The notes below the pieces were generated by a model. That model searched no databases. It was given only the letters and a program-made list of their open reading frames with translations, and was not told the DNA's origin. From the NCBI GenBank assembly GCA_020184695.1, contig JAANOX010000280.1:372001-436000 (forward strand): a DNA stretch of 64,000 nucleotides, in the 5' to 3' direction. Numbering within the stretch: the first letter of the stretch is position 1; every line of letters starts with the position of its first letter. This document shows, piece by piece, positions 23,219 through 33,921 of the stretch. The DNA is from Histomonas meleagridis 2922-C6/04-290x (Eukaryota; Protista; Parabasalia). Made by a program: the position numbers and the translations under genes.

Positions 23219-24134
23219 AAATTTATATGTCACAAATGAATTCGTCTGCACGATCGACTTTAATCAATGATAATTTAAAAAATGTTTATAATAGTATTAT
23301 TAATCTCGGAAACACATGTTATCTTAATTGTTTTTTTTACAAATGATATTACATTGTTATCCAATTTCAAAAACAATAAAAAAAAAATACCTGCTTCAGA
23401 TTTTAGTTCTACATTTTCAATAAAATTTCAAAAATTATTGTTGAAATAAAACATTGAACAATGAAAAAGATTATTTAACTGAATTATTCGATTTTATCAG
23501 CACAATGTCAGAAGAGTTTTCGATTAATTCGAATCGTCAGCAAGATTTTTTTGAAATTTTCAATTTAATTATTGAGAAACTTGTCAAATCGATCAAAAAT
23601 TTATTCATCACTCCACTTCATTCTGTCGAAAGAACAAAAAAATCAAATGGAAAATTAAAAACATATACAACTAATCATGATATTTCATAGATTCCATTAT
23701 GTCCGAATGGAAAAAGCGAAGAATATGTAAAATCATTATTAGAAAAATATTATCACACATAGAACATAACAGCAGAAAAAAAAATTTATAAAACGAAGTT
23801 TATCAATTTCTATTCAAAAATTCAAATACTTTCTATTGCACCTTTAGATCATAATTGGAATTTTGATAATAGCTTTCTCAAAATTAATCGAATACTTAAA
23901 ATGTCTAAATTTTATTTGAATAATTTGAAAGCAAAAAAATTTGTTTTACGTGGAGTTATATATCATTCAAATAATATTATCCTAGGTCATTATACAATTT
24001 TATTTTTTATTAATCACAAATGGTACTATTTTAATGATACGAGTGCAAAACATATCAATTCTTTAAATGACATTGATGATGAACTAACATCACCAAGTTT
24101 CGATGAAATGTGTATTGGGTTTAATTTACGTTAA
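23219..24134 (+). pseudogene. Ubiquitin-specific protease (C19/USP) pseudogene
   Basis: Cys box INLGNTCYLNC, QQDFFE and His box GVIYH..GHYT..KWYYFND lie in different frames. Confidence 0.8.
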
Positions 24135-24439
24135 ATCAAAAAAATGTAATGATTTTTATTCAATGGTTTGGGAGTTAGAAGAATGTACTAATTCAATTCA
24201 AACAATAGATATTAATAATTCAAAAACTGAAGAAGAGACAAATTCATTTCCACATGGAAGTCTTGAAGTATTAAATGTTAAAGTTAAATAAAAAATCTAA
24301 ACATATATTGAAAATGCCCCTTCATTATAAAGTTTAGCAGTTCCAATCAGGGAAATTAGAGCGGTACAATTCAATCCTTCACCATTTAGAAAAACAAAAA
24401 AAAGTTCAGATACAAAAATAATACGAAAAAAGTAAAAAC

Positions 24440-25460
24440 AAATGGAAATTAAGGGGAAAAAAATTATATGTCGAAACTACAATTGAACAAAAAAGAAATT
24501 ATCGGATTTATTCAATACTAACCATGATGATCAAATCGCTTTTGGTATTATGCTAATACAAAAATAAGTATTAATAATTGTAAAAGATCATTGAGAAAAA
24601 TTCGACTAGGAGAGGATATAATGACTCAAGTTCGAAAGGGGGTAAGAAACAGAAAATCAATTACGAATATGGAAAAATATTGACTTCATCTTTCAAAAAA
24701 AAATATATTTATGAACTCAAAAGCAAAGGCTGCTGACTATAAAATAGCTAAAAATTAAGATATTTGTTATTCTACAATTCCGCGATACATTAAAAAGAAA
24801 GCAATATATGATAAATAAGCACAGAAAAGAACATCTGCCGCGAACGCACCGGAAAATGAAAAAATAAGAAAAAGGCATGTATAAAACTTATGTCCTACAT
24901 TCAAGCAGGATATGATTGAGTGTGTGTTGATGAAACATCATTCGAGGTGGGTTACGTTGATGTAATAGGTTGGGGTGAAGGCTTATTAAGATTGAGGAAT
25001 TCTAAAACTATCAAATGATTTCATGGTACTGCTCTATTCGCAATTAGTTCGACTGGTATGCAATATTGTTTATTCATTAAAAAATATCTAACAGGTGAGA
25101 TATTTAAAGCTTTCCTTAAATATCTTCTCAAAGATATACATTTTAAAGAAAATATTGTGTTTTGGATGGACAATGCATCAATTCACAAACATGCGAAAGA
25201 AATGTTAAGTGGAATAAATCACAAAGTAGTTTCTCATGCTGCTTATTCTCCAGATTTTGATCAGATCGAAAATGTGATAAGAATTTGGTTTGATTCTTAA
25301 AGAATTAGTTCGAAAAACAGTGGTAAAATTCGATGATGAATCAGAAATCATAGAGTTAATTGCAGAAACATTCGGGCAAATTCATGTTGCAGATATATGT
25401 GCAGCAATGGAACATGTTAGAAATGATGTATTTCATTCAGTTCAAAATGAGAATAACCTT
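24440..25460 (+). mobile_element. Degenerate IS630/Tc1-mariner (DDE_3) transposase
   Basis: CVDETSF (about 24920), MDNASIH and AYSPDFDQIEN motifs, with multiple stops and frameshifts. Confidence 0.8.
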
Positions 25461-25902
25461 TAATAGAAACATATTATATAAAGAAAATAATCAAAAATAA
25501 TAAAAAAAATAAATAAAGAAAAAAAAAATAAAAATAAAAAATATACTGTTGGGAGGGGGAGATAAAATTCAAAGAATGAAGATTGAATAAACAAACGCTA
25601 GCGTTGGGAAAATTTTTTTTGATTACTTTTTGATATTTTTGAATTGAAATCAACATCAAAATATTCAATCGAATTCTATATCATTATGAGAAAAATTTTT
25701 ATGCCTACAAAAATCAATATTCACAATTTTAAAAGATGAAAAAAAAAATCGATATAAAAAGAAAAATGAAAAAACAAAAACGCCGTGACTCGAACCAAAC
25801 AAACAGATTTCGTCCCCTATTTCCCCCACAAGTAGCCTAATTATACTACTTCACACCCTCAAATAATAATTTGTAACATATTTACAATATAACCCCCTAG
25901 GT

Positions 25903-25939
25903 GCCCCTGGGATCGTCCCGACCGCATTATATACCTACC
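25903..25939. repeat. Second copy of the GC-rich modules seen at 19520-19568
   Basis: GCCCCTGGGATCGTCCCGACC followed by GCATTATATACCTACC, the reverse complement of GGTAGGTATATAATGC. Confidence 0.75.
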
Positions 25940-27150
25940 CCCCAAACATGAATTATCCCTAATAAAACCAACCCAAATTATTATACATGTTATATAGGTA
26001 CAGAGGTAAATATAATTTTGTAATATTTGAAAAAAATTAAAATTCTAATTAAATGAATTTTTCTTAATTCTTAAAATATTGATATATTTTTATCGCATTT
26101 GAAATAATGATTTACTTATTATAAAATAATGATAAAATTGAAAGGGAATAATTCTCATACATAATTATGCATATTAAATTTTTTTCATATCACTTTATTT
26201 CGACTTGTTACAAAAAATTTCTCGATGGGATTTTGAAATTTGAAGTTCCATTAAATAAAACATCATTAACATTTAGTATTTATATTGATTTAATCATTGC
26301 GATTGAAATATACTCTTTCTAATAAAAATCGAACAAATTTTGATGATGGAATAAAATTACTCATTAAAATTATGCATTTATGCCAAGCAAATTTTGTTTT
26401 TCTGAGTTGTAGCAGAAGATCTGTACAGATCTGTACATTAATTTAAGAAGATCTTTTTTTTTAAAATCTGCCATTTCTATATGGTTGTGCATCAATGAAC
26501 CATTATGATAAATAATAACATAACTTAGTAAAATCAGTTTCTACAATTGCTCAAACTTTTAAGACAACGAAATTGATTTATTTAACGTTCAATTTATTGA
26601 GTTACACTTTTGACATTTTTTTCACATTTTATAAGGTTAACGGTTTTGTCGGATAATCCAGTGGAAAGGTTACTCAATTATTACGTTCATTTTTTTCAAT
26701 TTTTGAATCATAACTGTTAATTTTTTGAACTTTTTGATATATTATCAATATTATCAATAATCAATGGGAAATGCCTATTTCTCCATGGTTTTTATTGCGT
26801 TAGCACATTTATCTTTTTTGAAAACAAGTAGTGATAGTAATAGTGTTCCCATTATGTCTTTTTCACGAAATGAAAATCATAATTCAGGAAAATTGTTTAC
26901 AAAACTGATCAGTTTGGCATATAATTATAAAATTAGCATATACAGTCGATTTCTCCTGCTTACTCGTATTAATTGTTTCATAAAACGAACAATTATATCT
27001 GAAGATTTTACTCATCAATTAATTCGCTTTGAGATTAATAAATTATCTGAAATTAAACCATTCAACCATTCTAATTCATTGTTTTCACATGCAAAAAATT
27101 TTGTATTTTTTCTACTGAAATTCACAAGAGGATCAAAACAATATGAAAAC

Positions 27151-29220
27151 ATGTACTATATTCAAAATCCTAATCTCATTTATAATTTCAATTTTTTGAT
27201 ACTAATTTTTGTTTTTCTTTATAGTTTCGTTTCATTAATCAGTAATAAAAACCAAATAACAATATCAAAGAGTTTTCTTCCTTTTACTTTTTCTCTTTTT
27301 TCTATTTATTCATTTTCAGCAACATGGAATGCTAATACAAAAACACTTACAATTACAAATTTAGATGATATTGGAAACTTAAAAAATTATGGCACTTTAG
27401 CAGAAAATGTTATTGTTTCAAGTGGTGTTACGACATTACCATATTGTGCATTCAATAATTGGATTTCAATAATAACAGTTCAGCTTAGTAATACAATTAC
27501 TACAATTAATGAATTTGCATTTAATAACTGTTCCAGCTTACAAAGCATTGAAATTCCAAGTTCAGTCCAATCAATTGGAGGTGCTGCTTTTCAATTTTGC
27601 TTTAGTTTATAAACAGTTAAAATTTATGGAAATATTGATACGATTTGTGGTTATGTATTTTTTGGTTGCACTTCATTAAGTTCTATAATTCTTCCAAATT
27701 CGATTGTAACAGTTGAAACACTTGCTTTTTATGCCTGTATTAGTTTAAAAACGATTAATTTAGGAACAAATATTAAAACAATTGGATATCGTTCTTTACG
27801 AGTTTGTGAAAATTTGGAAACAATTATTATCGGAAATAAATTCGAAATAATTGATGAATATGCCTTTGATACATGTAAAAAATTAAAAAATTTCACAATG
27901 CCAAGTTCTCTAAAATCTCTTGGAAATTATACATTCCAATATTGCTATGAATTAGAAACAATTGAAATCAAAGGAAATATTCCAGAAATAGGAGAAAATA
28001 CTTTTAATTTATGTTCAAAACTAATAAAAATTGTGATTCCTAATTCAGTCACGACAATTGGAATAAAATCATTTTATCTATGTAAAGCTTTAAAAACAAT
28101 TGATATTGGAGATAATATTAAAACGATTATGGACAATGCATTTCAATATTGTTCGCACTTGGAAACAATAATTGTTGGTAACAAACTAGAAACAATCGGT
28201 GAATATGCATTTGGTTCAAGTATTGCTTTAAAAAATTTCACAATGCCAATTTCACTTAAATCTCTTGGAATTCGTGCATTTCAATCATGTTCCAATTTAG
28301 AAACAGTTGAAATCAATGGAAATATTCCAGACATTGGTAATTATGTATTTTATTATTGTTCAAAACTAACAAATGTTACAATTCCTAAATCAGTTACTTC
28401 CTTTGGCGATCATGCATTTTATAATTGTAGAGCTTTAAATGTAATATATATCGAAGGAAGTATTCAAACAATCGGTGATTATGCATTTGCCAATTGTAAT
28501 CAACTTAAATGTATCTATTATAATGGAAATAGTGAACCAGAATTTAATGAAAATGCATTTATAAACGTTCCAACAGATACAATTATGGTAACATCAGCAT
28601 ATACTAGTACTTCTTTTGGGAATATGTTAATCAGTAAAACAACAATTGATCAATGCCTTCCTCCAACGTTTACTTTTACAAAGTTAAATACATTTACAAA
28701 ATCAAATACTTTTACAAATTTAAATACATTTACTAATTCAACATCAAATGATTTAACATTAACTCACTCTTTAACATTAATATATTCTTTTTCAGTTTAC
28801 CAATCACTAACTATATCGTTTTATATAATAGAATCATATGTATTAACTCTGCTTAATCATTTTTCAACATATATTGCTACGAAGTATGTAACATATAATT
28901 TCACGGTAATTTATTATTCATCTTTATATAGTTATTATGAGTATTCATTTTTTTATAAACATATTGAGCAAAATGAAATAAATAATAACAATAGTATATC
29001 ATCCGACATTTTAATCGGAATTATCTGCGGATCAGTTGCTGCAATTTTAATAATTATCGGAATAATTGTTTTTGTATTTCATCACAAGCAAACAAAAGAA
29101 ATCAAACAACATTCAAATTTATTTAAAGGAAATTCTTTTTCAGATGAAGATGACATTGTCAAAAATGTTGATAAAGAATTTTATGAACTTGCACAAGAAG
29201 AAAATGACAAATGGATTTAA
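27151..29220 (+). pseudogene. BspA-like LRR surface protein with stalk, TM and acidic tail, interrupted by one in-frame TAA (27610-27612)
   Basis: ORFs 26764-27612 and 27814-29220 are in the same frame, and the sequence between them translates as continuous LRR_5 repeats. The start codon is uncertain. Confidence 0.8.
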
Positions 29221-29335
29221 TATACCATTTTAATCATTAGATTTCATAAAGAATAGCCTTAATAAAGATAATTAAAATATATTTCTCTTTTTGAATATTT
29301 AATCATACTAATCGATTGGATACCGTCAATCTAAT

Positions 29336-29398
29336 ATTGAAGAAGATCCATTTGCAAAAGATTTCAAAGAAGATAATATCGTTAAAATAGGCATTTAA
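29336..29398 (+). pseudogene. Orphan cytoplasmic-tail remnant IEEDPFAKDFKEDNI
   Basis: Near-identical to the C-terminus of the 55687-57216 protein (IEEDPFAKDFQENNI). Confidence 0.75.
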
Positions 29399-29906
29399 GG
29401 GGTGAAATAGTAATATGTTCCAAAAATATTGATATTTTCTTTAATTTGAATGAATTTTCTGTTAATGAAATTCATACTTGAAAAGTCTGGATTTCACATT
29501 AAATGACGTTTATTTATTAATTAAAAAATTTTTAATTTTATTAACTTTGTTGTTATTAAAAAAGATTGTGAGTTATTAACCATTATTTTATTAATTCATT
29601 TTATAAACAATGAAATATGTTTAAATGAACCAGATAATTATAATATATACGACTTTAGTATTATAGAATTTTAAAGTTTGAAAATTTATGTTAACTCCAA
29701 GGGAAAAAGCATTATGAAATCACTCAAAAAATATGAACGGATAAAATAGACAAACATTTATCAAATTGAGCAAGTGAGGTAAGACATATATGTCAAGGAA
29801 CCAAATTAGCGGCCAGTCAAATCTGTAATCGTAAAGCGTATTTAATGACATTTAATAACAGTCCTTCAGGCTGCACCAACTTCTTTATGTTGAAAAGAAC
29901 TATTAT

Positions 29907-30420
29907 TCTCATGAGTTGATCCAAATCAATCTTATTGAAGGTAGAATTGATTCCTTTGAAGCTCGAATTGATAATCTTCTTGAGACTGAAAAACTTAGTC
30001 TTTATTTTATAGAGCAAGACAAAGCCACTTTCATACGTGAAATTTCCAATTCTTTATCAGTCATCCGAAAGATTAATGACAACATCAAATTAAATTTTCA
30101 ATCATCTGAAAAATATAACTTTAATCAGCCGACGCATGTCTTCGAAAACATCCAATTTTTACCGCCATATGGATATAGCATTACTAATGAAGAAGAAAGT
30201 ATTTGGTCATTTCAATGGGGCCCTTAATATATTAAAAGGTAAAATTGATGTAACACTTCAATATGACGAACATATATTTCCACTTGAAATTAAGTCCGGT
30301 AAATCGATGGGAGCTATTCCACGGTCAGAACATATCTTACAATTAGCCGCGTATATATTTATGATGAAAGAGAAACATCCAGAAAAATCGGGTATTGTTA
30401 AGGTATTGAAAATTCAATCA
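29907..30420 (+). pseudogene. DNA2-like (Cas4-like PD-(D/E)XK) nuclease-domain fragment
   Basis: EEESIWSFQWG / LKGKIDVT..PLEIKSGK..EHILQLAAY split by a frameshift near 30220; no helicase part. Confidence 0.7.
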
Positions 30421-31086
30421 AAATTCTTAACGAAAAGTTCAGTGAAAAAGCCGCCGAGGAAGTGGCGGTTATGCCTAATCGAATGTTTTTTATCGTTTTT
30501 GTATTCAATAGTAAATGACGCGGTTATTTCGGTTTTTGAATAAAAGTTTGGAGCTAAAAAACAGATCAACCTGTCATAAATTGTAACTAGATAATTTTCC
30601 ACCATGACAAAGCAAACAAAAAATGTGTTAATGTATTGATCAATCATTATGATGTGATTAAATTTTTTGTGGTAATTGTTTATTCAGGAGCATTTCAAAA
30701 AAATCCTATATTAACTCAATTTCTATGAAGTTAATGAATAATATATTATTTTGTGCTTAGATTTCAACATTATTATTTAAGTAATGAAGAACTGGGATTA
30801 TTCAATCATACTCTCAAAATGCAAAATAAATATTTATCAAAAAACTAATGGTTTCAAATGAAAATGATACATTAAGGTATTAGTGAGAGGCTAAAAAGAA
30901 AAAAATGTCTCAAATAATTTCCAAAAGCTTACGAATTGCCAATGTTCGCCACGATAGATAAAACATAGAAATTTAAATACTTTACTCACTTAAAATGTTT
31001 CCATTTTTTGGGAATTTTCCATTGAAATTCAATTTGCAGCGTGCGTTCAAATAACAATTGCGGTTAACTTAAAATAAATCCAATTA

Positions 31087-33384
31087 ATGTCTCTCTTTGC
31101 TTCAACTCTTACAAATCTTATTGGCGACTGTCATTCATTGGAACAAGACGAGGTTTTTGGTTTAAATCAAGTTGGAGCTGAAACATATTCCAAAACATAT
31201 ATTTTTCTAAAAGCTCAAAGAACAATTTTAGTAGATGTTCAAAAATCACTTTCTAAATTGAGCAAAGACACTAAGTATAGTTCGCTTGACTTCGTCGAGT
31301 ATTTAGTTGAGAGTCTTCTAATGGCAAATTTTGGATTCATTTTTCAGCAAGCTAAAAATGCAATACCATCTATCAGGGCTTTTATTGAAAGTGAAAGGTT
31401 ACCAACAAATGTCAAAAAGCTATGTCAAAAAGTTTTATCTTCATCCATAGCATTATCTCGAGTTTTTTCAATCATTGAATGCGTTGAACCACCAAAACGC
31501 CCTGTAGATGAGATGCCAAAACCATCAATTAAGCCCGAAGATATGCTTGTTTTGTGTCGTATTTGTGAAGAATATGTTCCTTTGTCTTTGATTGAATCTC
31601 ATTCTAACTCCTGTATGCGTGCGTATGAATCCGAGTATAAAATCATGACTGTTGACGACAGAATCACTAAGCTTGAGAACTCTATCAGAAATAATTTCCT
31701 AAATCAGCCATGGCCGGGTGATGAAAAAAAATGCATAGAAACTTATCTCCCCATGTTTCATCTTATTCTTCTCCTTGAGAAGGTTCGTAAAGTCAGTACA
31801 TCGTCATCTCGAGATGCCGAAATAATATCATATACTAACAAATCACTCAAAACTCTGCAAATTCCGCCAGACCAGAACGCAGAGTCTATGCTTTCTAAAG
31901 CCAAAGAGCTTACAATTCAAAAGCTTCATGCTTGTTCAACATTAACAAATGCTACTAACGAACTTCAATCTACACGTGTTACTGGCAATAATACGCCTTC
32001 TATATCGTTATATGTTTCCATAGCTGATTTTGAGTTTATTAAAGCCATTTCAAGTGGTACATATGCTCGAGTATTTCTTGCCATTAAAAAGAAGACAGGT
32101 GACATCTATGCGATTAAGGTAACATCAAGGTCATCACTTGCGCAAAAAAACCAGCTCCAAAGGCTCATCACAGAGAAAGACATCTTGCTCCAGAACGATA
32201 ACCCATACATTGTAAATTTCTGTATGTTTCAATGCCCATCAAAAAGTTGACATCGGTTTTTGATGTGAAACAGGTCAAAAAGTGACGCTCATCGAATTTT
32301 GATGGGCTTTTAAATGTTTAACTAACACATAGATTATTCAATTATAGGAGTCCATAACCTATATTTAGTGATGGAATATCTCCCTGGTGGTGATTTATAT
32401 TCCTTGTTAAACAAAATCGGATGTTTAGATGAGGTAAATGCAAGAATTTATACCGTTCAAATAGTTAAAGCATTAGAATGTTTACATAACTTAGGTATTA
32501 TTCATCGAGATCTTAAGCCAGATAACATTTTAATTACGGATGAAGGTAAACTTAAACTTACAGATTTCGGTTTAAGTATATTTGGTACAGCAGATCGTTG
32601 TATGGTTGATGACACCAACAATATGACACAATCGAATGATAATGATAATGGATCATTTGTAGGTACACCTGATTATTTACCACCAGAAATCATTCTATCA
32701 CAACCACACGATTTCACAGCTGATTATTGGTCATTAGGCATTGTTATCTTTGAGTTAGTTATAGGCGTACCACCATTTCATCATAACACTGAGTTTGAAA
32801 CATTTTCTGCAATATTGTCAAATCATATTGATTGGTCCCTTTATGAAAATGACTTAAGTCCTGAACTAATTTCATTATTAAAAGGATTATTAGAATCAGA
32901 TCCCACTAAAAGACTTGGAGCTAAAGGGATCAACGACATTATGAGTCATAAATGGTTTGAATCAATTGATTGGAATAATATTGATTCATTACCACCACCT
33001 TTTATACCAGAAATTGATAATAAGTTAAGTACCGAATATTTCGAACAAAGATACACTTGGAAAATTAAAGACGATGAAGATATTATTGAAGATATTAAAG
33101 AAGCCAAAAAAGGCGAAAAAGAAAAAGGAAAAAGTGACGAAATCGATGAAGACATTTTACAGTTCCCGTCGGTGGACGTTAAAAAACTGTCGCATGCAAA
33201 CAAAGAGTTAATGAGAAAAATGAAACATAGAGCAAAAAGTGACATCGACGATACGTTGGGGGGTACCAAATTTGCCGATATACCAATATCAAAAAGTTTC
33301 ACTGCAGATATTGTCGAACAAGAACTACCAAAAGTTTATCTTCAACAACAACAATTACATCAAAGTGAAAATGACAAGGAATGA
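31087..33384 (+). CDS. AGC kinase, MAST/Greatwall/Rim15/IRE-like, with an N-terminal C2H2-like finger and one intron
   Basis: CRICEE..HSNSC; ISSGTYARVF, HRDLKPDN, DFG and VGTPDYLPPE motifs. Splicing 32222-32332 restores IVNFYYSIIGVHNLYLVMEYLPGGDL. Confidence 0.92.
32222..32332 (+). other. Canonical parabasalid spliceosomal intron (111 nt)
   Basis: 5' GTATGT and 3' fused branch/acceptor ACTAACACATAG; removal restores the kinase frame. Confidence 0.95.
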
Positions 33385-33921
33385 AAATATGCGATAAAAG
33401 AAATGTATTTAGTAAAAAAATGTTTGTAATTAAATGATTTACCAACAAAATAATACCAAACTGTTTGCGTTTAAGGAAACATTCTGAAGCTGAAGTCAAT
33501 GAGAAAATGTTCGAAATTGTTAATTTTTTGGATTTAGAGAATTACATGGAATGTTATCACTTGGGTGTGGTTACATCATGAATTTAGAAAATTATATACA
33601 AGTTTAAACGCAATATTACTCATAAGAACAATTGGATCAGTCAGATTTAGAACTAAATCTTTGGTAAATGCGTTTGCTGTTCTTAACAGATGAAGATAAA
33701 AAATTACATGTATAAAATTAATAATAAATTCTATTATATTCATGTTAACCTTAAAAACATTTGAGGCACCATTTATAAATATGAAATTAAGTTGCTTCAG
33801 TGAATGATAAATTGAATAATATATGTTTATTTAATAATGTTGATGAGAAATATATTTATAAAATGTAATGCGACTTGAATTAAAATGTAATTTATTTCAA
33901 AACTTTCTGTGTTTTAAGATT

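Noticed and set aside
26764-27150. Long N-terminal extension of the BspA ORF
   Set aside because: No recognisable domain; probably chance open AT-rich upstream sequence.
1360-27612. TAA reassigned to an amino acid (in-frame TAA at 1360 and 27610)
   Set aside because: Most intact conserved genes in the window end with TAA and have no internal TAA.
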